A stretch of 64,000 nt of DNA from Setoptus koraiensis (GCA_048013815.1 CM106585.1:2480001-2544000); one strand, 5' to 3'. Positions 10,937 through 22,855 are shown, numbered from the stretch's first letter. Notes: generated by a model from the sequence alone, not told the origin. Translations and numbers: made by a program.

Positions 10937-13900
10937 ATGTCTAGCCAGAGCAGTCTAACGGAGAATGATGACACACGAGGTCTCCTTGTTGAGTATGACG
11001 ACGATATAGACGAGTGTATCAAGCAACCAATGAAACAAAAATCAAGAGTTAGATACAATTGTTTTCATGCTTATGGATCATTTTTGGCGTTCGGCTCTTC
11101 TAGTGGGGCCATCTACCTATTTAAACTGGAGGCTATAACACATTCAACTTGTTCATTGATAACAATAGTGCCCTGCGACCAGGGATCAATTGAAATTGTT
11201 CAATTTTCTCCATACTCAACGCCGGATTATTTACTCGTGACAATAGGTACGGCACGGGGTTCATTAGTTGTGTTTAAATTGACATTGATTTCATCGGAAC
11301 ATGATTTAATCACTGAGGAAATTTACAGGGCTGAATCATTTACTCCCAGCGCAATACAATTGATAGAGCATGATATTGATACAATGTCAACAAGTAGAAT
11401 TTATCTTTGCGATGCTAACAATCACATCTATCTAGTCGACAATTTTATGGAGCCCAGAATAAGCCAGTTGTTCTATAAGAAGGCTCCAACTTTGTTATTG
11501 AAAATTGAAGATTCCAAAGTCAACCAATTGCATATATTTAGATCTCAGCTACTCATATCTACATCAAAGTCAACAATTATATTTGATGCGGACACAAATG
11601 AATTCAAGCCAGTGGGCAAGAAAAAGCGCAAAGATGAAGGCTTTTATGGTGGATGTTTCTTCATCAATCCATCTAGGATTACTAGCGATCTAAACGGTCA
11701 ACAGCGCGGCCATCACAACAATATAAGAACAAACATTTTCGAGAATAGCAATTTAGACAATGGTGATTCAATAACATCATTGGCGGACATTGTAACCATT
11801 TATACTGCAAGGCCATCATTCAGACTGTGGCAAGTCAATCTAGATGGCTCGGTACTACTGACACATCAGTTCGAGTCTGCAATCAAGAGTGCACTTGTGA
11901 CAAATATCGCGCAACTTAAAAATAGTCCACTGCAAGAGGGTCAGCCAGATGATCCCAGTGACATAATTTTCAATTTGGTGCAACGGAAACAAATGACACC
12001 TGTATCTGATCATTTTCAAAAATTGACACAGCTCAATAGCTCAACTCTTGGTTCTTGCATTATAACTCATACCAATGACGAAATATTCATCTTAGATCCT
12101 AATGGAGCCAAATTGATAACTTGGAATACGCAAGACTTAACTAATATTAGACAACTGTGTTGTGTTGATAACGAAATTTTCTTACTCTGCGATCTACCCA
12201 CTAGCACCACCAGCGCCACTAATGGTGATGAGAGTCTTTTTCGCTCCGATGGAACTCTTGGAAACAGCAATTCATCTAAGCGTAAAAATATCAATTTCAC
12301 CCTGAGAAGACTGGCGCTTTTGGCACCCACACAATTCGTTCTGGAATTACATCGCCTTCGAAGGTATGAAAGTCTAATTGTTTTTGTCGAAAGTCACATA
12401 AGTTTGTTCACGAAGAAGATGGCTTTACCTCTGGACGGTGAACACGTTATAACCACAGAGGGAGGTCTCTTGAGGAATGTTCTATTAAACGCGTGGACAA
12501 TTTTCGATGATAACAAAAAACATAATCATAGCGTATTTGGCTCAATCATTGACCTGATATTAGAAGAGGGTAGACAAATGCAACAAGTGGACACTTTTGT
12601 TTCTAATTTGAGCCTATTTTCACGTCCCAGCACAGAAAACATTTATAGGTTGCGTCAGGAACCGTACGCTTCGTTGATCTCATTGAATGTTTCAATTGCT
12701 GATTTACACACTAGTCATATGATTCACTTTAGCAAGGAGGTTATAGATAGGCACAGATCATCAATAAATCGGTTGGAACAAGATAGTTTCTGTATAACAA
12801 AACCTAACTCACTTTCCAACAATCGTCAGTTTGCCGGAGAAAAAGTTATAGTTGAGAGGAGACGCCCGAGACGATCAAAGAGTCAGTATAAGGTCAACGA
12901 AATTTTGGACCCGGTCAGGTCCGATAGTGTTTCTTTTATTCAAGTTTCCGACACACAGAATGATAATTCGGGCATATTAAATAAATTTGCAAGCCATGAT
13001 TGTCTACACAAAACATCTATGAGTGCCGATATTGAAGTTGATAGCGACAAACAAGCTCTTGGGAGTAATACACGCTTTAGAGATATGAGCGGTTTAACGT
13101 CGGAACATGCCAACAACAGGCAGAAAAGAACATTGATGAAACAGATACCTGAAACGATAGATGAAACAAACAGACGTTCTGGTTCTTATCAAGACATTTT
13201 TACTTCAGAACACTTAAGTACCTCAAGTTATCAGATGAAACATATAAGCTCAAATAGTTTACCAAGTCTTTATGTTGAAAATATCTCTAATAGTGCACAG
13301 TTATCGTCTAGATACTGTTGTAAAATTTGCGGTTGGCCTCTTCCAGGTGCGCATGAAAATTTACATCCATCACAAGTAGTATTAGATAAATGGATAAAGG
13401 AGACCTTAATGGATGACCTTGAAACAAATGTTGAATATGTAGAAGATTTGGCTTTCACTAATTGTCTTTGGACAACTTATTTGAAATGTTTGATCCACAG
13501 GAAGAAGTTTGAGGATTATGTTAGATGTAGTGTGATGTTGAATGATATCCGTCTATTGAAGTTTGAATGTATCACAACTTATTTGGCCTCGGAGTCGTCT
13601 ATGATGACATTGTTGGAAATGTTGATGAAGATATCCGATGGAGTCAAGGCTGCCTCCGATACAACCACTGACACCGGGCATGAGAGGCTAATCTGTATAA
13701 ATTGCCAAGCAAATTTAGATCTCGACAACAACAAATTCAATCATGATTCCACTGTTGGTATTACTTTGGTAAATGTAGCTGAGATTGCGATGGACTGTAT
13801 CGGACCCAAAGCGACAGTTGATATACTTCTGAACGTAAAATTTGAGTCCCTGATTGACCTGTCTAAAATACCGGCATCGTTTTACATTAAGGCCATTAAA

Positions 13901-14014
13901 GCGGCTGTGTTATCCGCCCATCAGTCACCAATAAGTCGAACAAAGCTTGAGATGCTACGTGGATCTGTCGAAGAGAATTTCGATGACGCGCCACAACAGC
14001 AAATGTGCGAATAG
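10937..14014 (+). CDS. HPS5: Hermansky-Pudlak syndrome 5 / pink homolog (BLOC-2 subunit); intronless
   Basis: N-terminal beta-propeller motifs FLAFGSSSGAIYLF, GKKKRKDEGFYGGCF and IYTARPSFRLWQVNLDGSVLLTHQF; C-terminal Cys clusters. TECPR2 shares some motifs, but THQF and the C-terminus fit HPS5. Confidence 0.8.
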   Translation: MSSQSSLTENDDTRGLLVEYDDDIDECIKQPMKQKSRVRYNCFHAYGSFLAFGSSSGAIYLFKLEAITHSTCSLITIVPCDQGSIEIVQFSPYSTPDYLLVTIGTARGSLVVFKLTLISSEHDLITEEIYRAESFTPSAIQLIEHDIDTMSTSRIYLCDANNHIYLVDNFMEPRISQLFYKKAPTLLLKIEDSKVNQLHIFRSQLLISTSKSTIIFDADTNEFKPVGKKKRKDEGFYGGCFFINPSRITSDLNGQQRGHHNNIRTNIFENSNLDNGDSITSLADIVTIYTARPSFRLWQVNLDGSVLLTHQFESAIKSALVTNIAQLKNSPLQEGQPDDPSDIIFNLVQRKQMTPVSDHFQKLTQLNSSTLGSCIITHTNDEIFILDPNGAKLITWNTQDLTNIRQLCCVDNEIFLLCDLPTSTTSATNGDESLFRSDGTLGNSNSSKRKNINFTLRRLALLAPTQFVLELHRLRRYESLIVFVESHISLFTKKMALPLDGEHVITTEGGLLRNVLLNAWTIFDDNKKHNHSVFGSIIDLILEEGRQMQQVDTFVSNLSLFSRPSTENIYRLRQEPYASLISLNVSIADLHTSHMIHFSKEVIDRHRSSINRLEQDSFCITKPNSLSNNRQFAGEKVIVERRRPRRSKSQYKVNEILDPVRSDSVSFIQVSDTQNDNSGILNKFASHDCLHKTSMSADIEVDSDKQALGSNTRFRDMSGLTSEHANNRQKRTLMKQIPETIDETNRRSGSYQDIFTSEHLSTSSYQMKHISSNSLPSLYVENISNSAQLSSRYCCKICGWPLPGAHENLHPSQVVLDKWIKETLMDDLETNVEYVEDLAFTNCLWTTYLKCLIHRKKFEDYVRCSVMLNDIRLLKFECITTYLASESSMMTLLEMLMKISDGVKAASDTTTDTGHERLICINCQANLDLDNNKFNHDSTVGITLVNVAEIAMDCIGPKATVDILLNVKFESLIDLSKIPASFYIKAIKAAVLSAHQSPISRTKLEMLRGSVEENFDDAPQQQMCE

Positions 14015-14057
14015 TCTCGAGTGGTTCTTCATGGACAACACAACAATAATAAAATGG

Positions 14058-14582
14058 CTATATAGATTCACTATCAATTGAATCTGAGCACACTGACTGA
14101 TTATAAGTAGGTTTATCGGGTCCCCTACACGCCTCGCGATACTTTCTGAGATACAGATTGAGCGGTTCGATGTAGTTGTCGAAGCCTAGGGCGGACATAG
14201 CATAAATTACATCATCGCCAGTGATGGTTTTGCGTTTCTCCGATTGGCATTTATCGCTTGCTTCGGACGTTACAAAACTGATAAATTCACTGACTGACTC
14301 CTGAACACACTCTTTTGCCTCTTTGGCAATTTTGCCCGAATTCGGTATACAGGTTTTCATAATTCTAGATATGATGGCAATGGGTAAAAATCTGTCCTGG
14401 TCACGCAGCATCCTATCGTCGTTGCCACTATCATTGGGACTGAGACTTTCATTGCCTAGGAAGCTTGACGTATTTCCATCCTCGTCTATGTATTCGTCGG
14501 TGGTTGTGCTCTGTTTTCGTTCGTTGTCCTGATCGGATAAAGATGACTCTCCAACATCAAGATGCTTGGCGTCGTCACTCAT
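14058..14582 (-). CDS. NFYB: Nuclear transcription factor Y subunit beta
   Basis: Histone fold [17 protein letters not shown]...[39 protein letters not shown]. Confidence 0.95.
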   Translation of the reverse strand: MSDDAKHLDVGESSLSDQDNERKQSTTTDEYIDEDGNTSSFLGNESLSPNDSGNDDRMLRDQDRFLPIAIISRIMKTCIPNSGKIAKEAKECVQESVSEFISFVTSEASDKCQSEKRKTITGDDVIYAMSALGFDNYIEPLNLYLRKYREACRGPDKPTYNQSVCSDSIDSESI

Positions 14583-15460
14583 TGTTGTGGGCAGGGATAG
14601 TAGAACTCTAAGTGTTTTTTGTAGAAATCAATAAGCTATAGGATAGTCTCAATCATGGAACTTATGGCAGTGTCCATTGGAAGACAGTTTTTCAAAGTTC
14701 TGAATGCTGAATTCCAATCTTTGTAAGATGAAAAGGAACAACAAAAAAATGTGACAAACTATGCTGACTTTTTGTGTGCCTCGAGGCGCCCCCTACAACT
14801 TCTTAGCGCGCACCATAAGTGTTCACTTTTCGCTGAGTGTGCGAGTCTTCAAATCCTCCTCACCGGGTTCGAAAAAAGTCCGACAGGGCGGCGCTACTTA
14901 GCTCTATATGAGCAATGTAAGCGAGTAGCAGTCGACCATGAGGAGAAGTTACATGTGCCGGATTGCGAACTGGCAGATAGCCCTGGTGCGGCAACGCGCG
15001 TACGCGCATCGGTCCTATAGCACGCTAAAGCGAGAAATCAGAAAAATAGAATAATTATTGGAACACAACACTTCTGTACCTAGACCCACTTTTCACACTC
15101 TTCTGCAATTAATCTGATGAACTTTTGGATCAGACAATTGTTAATTTCGTACAGGAGATGCCTCTACGACATGTAGCGATGAGAAATTCAAGCATTGCAC
15201 AAGCCGAGAACCAAAAAGTGCGAATTGTGACTCAGATCGATCTTACAGTTCGACATGCGCATACCAGCTAGTGTAAAGTCACACACACTCGCTCCCAGAC
15301 AGACGAACGTGTTACGAGAGCAGACGAGCAGACACACAGACAAACATTCAGTGCAGCGCACACTGCACGATGTGTGCTTTCCGTCGTTGTGCGCTCTGTA
15401 ACAAACAACAATGGAGAAAATCGAGAGAATTTTTTGTGCGCCAAAATGCACACGACTCGC

Positions 15461-15462
<2 letters not shown>

Positions 15463-15494
<32 letters not shown>
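15463..15494. repeat. (TG)n microsatellite
   Basis: Direct reading of the sequence. Confidence 0.9.
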
Positions 15495-15496
<2 letters not shown>

Positions 15497-15877
15497 CGTC
15501 TGTGTTAGTGTGTGTGACACACACTGTGTGTGATTCAATGTGTAGCGCCGGTGGATGAAACACATGCAAGCGATGCGGCGACATACTGAATTATTCGTTG
15601 GACTTGTTTCACAAATGCAACACTGCGCATAGCGCTTATTTTGAATTCGTAGAACATTTTGCTGTTATTTGCGATGCGCAATGACAGACGGACACTAGTT
15701 GTAATAGTGAGCGAGTAGAACATTGTTTGAAGCTGCTGTTATGATATACTGATGATCATACTCTTGCATATATATAAGCAGACATTTACATTGGACAACA
15801 TTCTAAATAGTGCAGAATCCCAAGAAACAAGCATTATATATTTCATATTTAACTGATATTCTAAATCTGACATCAGC

Positions 15878-18193
15878 ATGTCCAACAACAACCAATTTAA
15901 TAGGAGCCGTGATAGACGCGACCGCAACGATGGATACGGTAGTTGGGGGGGCAATGATTCGATGCCACCAGCCAAGAGACCTCGACAACAACCATACGAT
16001 AATAGATCCAATTTCAATCCACGTTATCAAACCCACTTCAACAACATGGGCGGTGGCAATTTCCAACATCCAACCTACTATCAACACTCTGAACATATCA
16101 GAGAACACAGAGCCGAGCCTGTACCAAGTCAGCAATTCGATGCGAATCGGATGAAATCTTTTAAGCAATTTATTTCAGACTTACCCGATAATATTACTGA
16201 GGAAGCGGCTGCTAATAAATACAAAGATTATAAGATAGAATTCAAGAAGACCCACGCCAAACAGTTTTTCGACAAATATAAAGAACACGAGTGGCTTTTA
16301 GAGAAGTATCACCCTGTTCATCTCAGGAAAAGATTGGAGGAGCAAAGACAATCTAGGAAAAGGAGATTGAACGCCTTTTTGGATTTGATTGATCGTGATT
16401 GGTTTAGAGATATTAAGCTTGACTATCGTGAAGATGGTAACCTAGAATTGTTTATCGATGCTGTTATCGTCAAATTGGAAGGTGGAACTGAAGATGATCT
16501 CCAACTATTATTACATGATTCACATTATAAAATCCCTATCAGTATGAGGATTATTAGTGAGGATGCAGAGAAACTGAAGCTCGAACAATCAACGAAACAG
16601 AATGAATCTCTGCCTGAAGATTCCATTAATCCTGACCCAAATAGATCAGGTGGTGACGATAATGATAATAAAGTTATTACTGATACTAACCATCATAGCG
16701 ATACGAAGGATAATAGCGGTAAGGACGACAACCACGATAATACCGACAATAATGACACTAGCGACAACAACGACAACAACGACAACAACGACAACAACGA
16801 CAATAACGACAATAACGACAATAACGACAACAACGACAACAACGATAACAAAAACGACAACAATGACAACAACGAAAATAGCGTTATCAATGATGAAGTC
16901 AAAATCAAGGAGGAAGATGAGGGCATAGATTGCGATGACAAGCCACCTTGTCCTGGAGAGGTTTTAGAGCAACCGGAAATCAAAACCGAGGACCAGGATA
17001 TTGAACAAAATAATCTTGAAGATAGGCCAATCGAACAAGAGTCTTCCAAAAATCCCACACCAAAAACCCAGGATCTCGGCAACAATTCAACGTCGAATCA
17101 ATCGAGAACTTTTCTCCACAAACCCTCATCGATTTTCTTAAGAAATCTGGATCCGAGTGTGACTAAACAAGAAATTGTGGCATTTGCTAGTGACGAAGAA
17201 AAATTTCCAGGCTTTCTCAGGGTGGCAATCTCGGAACCAAAACCACCTACTCACCAGAGACGAGCATGGGTTACATACAAGCACACAGTCGATCGTAATC
17301 AATTAAGAAACTACACCTTTTTGTACACTCAAGCAGGGCAAGAGTGGCTCAAGGAAGCGGCAGTTAACAAAGAATTGATGAAAAGAATACGACCCGCAAC
17401 TGGTTTATTTCAGCACAAGATGGTGGTGAAAGCAGATATAAAAAATGCAGTTTCTCTTATAACTCATCTTGATAAGCAAAGAGGTATTTGGGACGAGGAG
17501 CCTCGAACATTGCCTTCAGTAAATGATTCAGCGTCTCAGATTGAAGAAGGTGAGGTCGCAAAACGAAAAAACCCATTGCTAGAAGATATCGAACAATATT
17601 TAATCGAAGAATCAAACACAGAGGAGCATGAGCTTGTCGGTATAGTGGACGAAGAAGATGTCGCTGATGAGCCGCGCCTAGAGTTAACAAGAGACCAAGA
17701 TTTAGAACGAGTTTTAGATAGGTTATTGCTATACTTACGAGTTGTCCATTCTGTGGACTATTACAATGCTACAGAATATGTTGGGGAGGATGACATGCCA
17801 ACCCGAATTGGTCTTATGTTCACTAGAGGTTATTATCAGGGTCAGGTAAAGCTCCAAGATATCAAAGCACTTATCAGAAATCATCAAATGAGAATAAGGC
17901 CTCTGATGGAGGAACCATCACTGAGTGAAGCCGAACAGAAACAACTGGGGAAACTCGATTTGAATGATCTAATAGATAACTTTGTAGAAGCAAATACATT
18001 TCAAATTGGCGAAGGAAAGTGGACATGCACCATCACTAAGAAGAAATTCATGGCAAAGGAGTATGTTCGAAAGCATATACTGAATCCCACTAATACTGCT
18101 GTGTTACCATTGATCGAAGAAATTAAGACAAGTTCTGCATTCTTCAATAACTACATAGCTGATCCCAAGAGGCCCTCTGATATTACTAGCTAA
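15878..18193 (+). CDS. SRRT: Serrate RNA effector / Ars2; intronless, C-terminally short
   Basis: MKSFKQF, KYKDYKIEF, EWLLEKYHP, RRM SIFLRNL...PGFLRVAISEP, LDRLLLYLRVVHSVDYYN, KWTC...KKF...EYVRKHI and FFNNYIADPKRP. Confidence 0.93.
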   Translation: MSNNNQFNRSRDRRDRNDGYGSWGGNDSMPPAKRPRQQPYDNRSNFNPRYQTHFNNMGGGNFQHPTYYQHSEHIREHRAEPVPSQQFDANRMKSFKQFISDLPDNITEEAAANKYKDYKIEFKKTHAKQFFDKYKEHEWLLEKYHPVHLRKRLEEQRQSRKRRLNAFLDLIDRDWFRDIKLDYREDGNLELFIDAVIVKLEGGTEDDLQLLLHDSHYKIPISMRIISEDAEKLKLEQSTKQNESLPEDSINPDPNRSGGDDNDNKVITDTNHHSDTKDNSGKDDNHDNTDNNDTSDNNDNNDNNDNNDNNDNNDNNDNNDNNDNKNDNNDNNENSVINDEVKIKEEDEGIDCDDKPPCPGEVLEQPEIKTEDQDIEQNNLEDRPIEQESSKNPTPKTQDLGNNSTSNQSRTFLHKPSSIFLRNLDPSVTKQEIVAFASDEEKFPGFLRVAISEPKPPTHQRRAWVTYKHTVDRNQLRNYTFLYTQAGQEWLKEAAVNKELMKRIRPATGLFQHKMVVKADIKNAVSLITHLDKQRGIWDEEPRTLPSVNDSASQIEEGEVAKRKNPLLEDIEQYLIEESNTEEHELVGIVDEEDVADEPRLELTRDQDLERVLDRLLLYLRVVHSVDYYNATEYVGEDDMPTRIGLMFTRGYYQGQVKLQDIKALIRNHQMRIRPLMEEPSLSEAEQKQLGKLDLNDLIDNFVEANTFQIGEGKWTCTITKKKFMAKEYVRKHILNPTNTAVLPLIEEIKTSSAFFNNYIADPKRPSDITS
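16763..16873 (+). repeat. Coding 9-bp tandem repeat GACAAYAAC encoding (DNN)n within Ars2
   Basis: Direct reading of the sequence; about 12 units. Confidence 0.9.
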
Positions 18194-20039
18194 AATTAAA
18201 GAAATGAACTTTGTAAGTTAGATGGCCGGATGTGACATACATTTGCTTGTTCTGCCTGATTATGCAATAGCTAGATGTTGAATTGCAACGGCGAGACCTA
18301 TGATATTGAAAACGGTCAAAACAGCGGGCAACTTGATTAATTGCGGTCAAGTAGCTAACCCCATACCCACGTTTATATTGTGCATATTGTGCAACAACAA
18401 CGCCAGCGACACCACATAACAACTTTTGTGCGTTATCAAGTATATCTCACCAAGCGGTCGTGTTCATCATTTTCATTGAACAACCTCAACTGCAACAACA
18501 ATAGGTTCTGCCGCTATCTATAGTTGCCGCGATGGTAATAGGTCGACTCGGCAGGCAGCATCTTTTTGCATCTCTTTAGCAGCAAATATCGCTGTCCTGC
18601 CGGCATATGCACGACGTCGGCAACGACGATGATCAGAAATGAGTATCCAGCAATAAGCCAGCGCTCGTGGGCAGACGCTCTCTGCGGACAGTATCGACAG
18701 GTTGTGCTGTTTGACATTCAAGCAGAAAGAGAGGGCCAAACAACAGCAACTACGACAGGCAGCAGGTAGAAGAGAGATGATTAACAACTTATTTCCATTA
18801 AAGCCACAGTTGTGTGTGTTTGTGTGTATGCAACGCTAACTAAATAGAAGAGAAAATCTTTTTCTTTCGCTCCATCTTGATGAGAATTCGACTTGGCGCG
18901 ATGGCACGAATTTGTGTCAGTAGTGCCAGCCTAGATATAGTTGCCTAGGACACGGCAGCCGTTGCCAGGCAAACGGTGCCGCAGACAACAGAGACTCTGG
19001 GAAGGCACCACCACCACCAACGGTGTTTGGCGCAGCTAGCTGGCTAGAGGTAGCCCATCGATTGTGGCAAACGAACAAAACATTTAACAAGAGAGAAGAA
19101 AAAGTTTGTTGCTCAACTCTCTTGGCCAGCTGGAGCATTTGTTTGAGTAGGCCGGCTGGCTGGCTAGGTGGTTATAATTTGGCCAGGCACACCGCAGAAT
19201 AGGGTTACTCCTACATAATAACTGTTGTTATTTGCGGCTTTAACCATTGCCAAGTGGCCAAGAAAATGATGATGGATGCGAGCAGCGATTCTTCTTCGAT
19301 AAATAAATAAAATCGTTTCGGTTATTCATCGTATTCGTTGGTATTTGTTGTTATCACTGGCCGATTGTTCTTTCAGTTCTAGCTATTGCACATTCTCTTT
19401 GATTCTAGCATTTCTGCATCGTACGCCACAATGGATTAGTCGGCGTGCCAATGCCGTAGTTCCGAGGCACCGCATTATTGCGATGCTGCAGTATCGCAAC
19501 AATGCAGCAATATCGAGAAGCAGATATGGAGGCATAGTGAAGCTGAGGATAGCAAGAAATAGAAGAAGAGAAACGATCGGTCTGCGCTAAAATCAATGGC
19601 TGATGAGCTTGAGATAATTAGAATAGGAATCGAAATTGGAATTGGAATGGAGAATAAAGAATTGTTGGTAGAATGAGAATATGCATGCTGCACTAATTCT
19701 AATTGACTCAAGCAGCCAACACTAGCAGCAGTTGCTAGATTGTTGTTGCAATCCCAATAATATGGCCGTCATATCATGCAATCCTTCGATGCAAACAACA
19801 ACGGGATGCCTGTTGTTGTTGTTGGTTAATTGCATCGATGGCAGCAGCAGCATCGGAGTACGGCTCTACGAACAACAACAGCATCAATAATAATGATAAT
19901 AAACTATTGGAATAGGGTCCACTACTTTACCGAGACTCTAGCCGCTAACAATTGTTTATCAGATGTTAACTAACTAACGCTCAGCCGATAATTTCAAGTT
20001 AGGTAGCTTGTTAGCCGGTAATAGTGTCTATTGTTAGTT

Positions 20040-20082
20040 GTCGGTTGTTGCATGCAAATGCTATTTGCATGCAACAACCGAC
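20040..20082. other. Perfect 20-bp inverted repeat with a 3-nt loop
   Basis: GTCGGTTGTTGCATGCAAAT-GCT-ATTTGCATGCAACAACCGAC. Confidence 0.9.
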
Positions 20083-22855
20083 CAATTCACCTGTTTTTGT
20101 GGTATGTGTATTTAGTCAGCAGCTGATGCTGTTGTCACCTAAAGCTGGCAAATGTTTCGTCGCTTAGTAACTAACAAGATCTCAAGCTTGTTGGAGGCCA
20201 CCTCGGCAACAACGATTAGAAAAGCTTCAAGAACTTTGAGAAGTTTCGTCTCGTTCGGACGAGTGGTCCGTCGTTAGTAAATCTATTAAATAACAACATC
20301 CAATGTTTGCTCATTACCTATTAACTGTTTGTCGAGGCTTTGATTGGCGTCTCTCTTGCATTCGCTCACATCTTCTCCGTATGCAATATCTATACAATAC
20401 AGAGACTGGAAGACAAACGAGTTGGCCTTCTTATTCTTTTCGAAGCAATCCTTAAGATGCAATTCTGCAGCCTATGTATGTGTGTGTGTGTAACTAGCCA
20501 GGTACTGATGCTGCAGCTGCTAAGTAACTGGATTGTTGTTTGGCGCTCACAAGCAACCACCATAAGCTTATATAACAACAACAACAACAAAGAATATAGA
20601 AAACTGATAGACGGCCAGTGGATGGAAGATATAGAGATCTTGCCTGGCGAGTTTGGTTATAATCAACACACACACACATATAGTTGGACCGAGACAACCC
20701 ACACCTTCACCAGATAACATTGGCCACATCGGATTGGTACTATTAGAATACTGTTATGTTATCTATGACTAGCTAGCTTGGCGATTGCATCACTTGAGCT
20801 GCGATCAAGATCAACAGGTTGCTAGTGCCGTTGTTGTTGAGGCAATAGCAAAGTCAAGAGCAAACAGTCTGGATTTGTACACACATCAAAACACTTATTA
20901 TTATTACTATTAGTATTATCAGTTGTTGTTGTTGAAATATACATAAATTATTTTAATATACACACACAAATTATCAAAATTAAACTCTTGACCATCAGCG
21001 GCCGTACTCCGTGCTGTTCTTCCGTTATTGTCGCATCCATTATTAGATTACCACCACTACTAACATTATTATTTATCATCAACGGCATGTCAACAGCGTC
21101 GACATTTCGAGCAAAATTATCAGCCAGGTTGCAGATAACGTTTGAAGAAGAAGATTTTAATCTATCGCAGCAGCAACAAGTCGCTGTGATTTAATAGTTG
21201 CGTCGAGAATTCTTTTAAAAAGACATAATAAGTAACTGACTGTTGTTATCTACACTCACACAAATATCATGAGCTGGTTACATAATGTTCCCGTATTGGT
21301 TAAAGGTGCCTAAACAAATCCCTCTGACAGAATAGAGACACAAGAAGTATTAAAGTGAATTATCAGCAGAATTAGAATTAAATAAAATAATTTTCTTTCC
21401 AGGAAGGATAATAATTGTCTGTGTGTGTGCTGAGGCTAATTAATGCAGTGGCGAGGCACTGCACCTGATCTTGGTCAAACTACTACTTTAGCACAGTAAG
21501 ATAGGCAAGAACGAGACGCGAAAAGAAGCTTTTTACTACCACTTCTATCTTTACAACAACAACTACTACTACGACTACTACTACTTCTAATAGTAGTTGA
21601 ACTGATATCAAAAATAAAGATAAATTGAGTGTCTTTCTCAACAATCCAGTGTCGTTCGCTTGATACTTGATACCCGACGAGAGCCTGACCAACCAACAAA
21701 ATATAATAATATAAATAAAAATATAGTCACTAATAGCAGCTTGCCAGTGTTGCAACAGCAACTATTATCACCACCACAACAACCACCACCGCATCAGTCT
21801 AATTTATTCATGTAAGTATACACAGAGAGTTCCTTAATTTTGTTACCATTAAGAACGTTTTGTGTGAATGTATTTATCTTTAGCGTCCGGTTTTACCCAC
21901 ATGAACCATTAAGTTGCCATTAATAATTCACTGTTGAGCAGCTAACAGACATTGCAAGCAATGACCAACAAACGAGATTGTGTAACACGACATGAACGAT
22001 TATGATAGCGGCAAGTTCAAGTTCAATGACAAACCTTGAATGAACTTGAATTTGAAACGGAGCCATTCAAAGACGAAACAGAACGAAACGGAACGGTTCC
22101 ACTAGGTTCCGTTCTGTTTCTCAGCCCAGCCGATAAAATTTGTTTTGGCTCGGCGCCCTATGCCACCATCAGCTAGATTTACAGCTAACTAACATAGCTG
22201 CTAAATTGTCATCAAGTCTTCATCTTGTTGTTAATTAATCCAGTTATTGTGCCAGTTATTACGCCAGTTATGACTGACCAATGTTGAATTAGGTCGATAG
22301 TGTTTCTCACACACACTAGATAGAGGTGAGCTTTAGTGAGCAGTAGCATGCTGCGTGTAGAATACTTCCCGGCGAGACCATCAATTAGATAACTGGATTT
22401 GTTTGTTGGCTGTTAGCTTAGCTGTTTGCTTAGCTAGTTTCTGCACAAGTTATTTAATGCTACTACGAGGCACATTGCGAAACGTGATGCCATTCTGGCC
22501 ATACATAATTCTAGAGCTAATCGGTGTTTAGAGTCTCGACAAACTATCATATGAGTTTTGCTATCGAACAAGTACAAGCAACAACAATCACATATTTGCA
22601 ACTAACCTAAGCAAAACTATTGTTCATTTATTTATCTTTACTTCATTTGTTCACTGAATAGTCACCGTGCACACAATTAAAAAGCCAAACAATCGTCAGC
22701 CAACCAATTTACCGGAAATACCAAGAAGCAAGAGTATTGCTCAACTAAATTTGGCAATACAGCAGCAGCGGCAGCCAACTAATTATAAAGCGACACACAA
22801 ATAGCACAAATATTTGTAGATATATATTTGTATATATATACAAATATATATACTC

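Noticed and set aside
14751-15723. Short ORFs between NF-YB and Ars2
   Set aside because: They are promoter and (TG)n-derived frames with no family motif.
16602-17085. Poly-T and (LLS)n ORFs overlapping Ars2
   Set aside because: They are alternative frames of the DNN repeat.
19345-19711. Several overlapping 60-90-codon open frames
   Set aside because: No recognisable motif and no consistent splice model.
22599-22612. CTAACCTAA resembling a TTAGG telomerase RNA template
   Set aside because: A 9-nt match is expected by chance and is also a branch-point-like motif; no supporting structure was seen.
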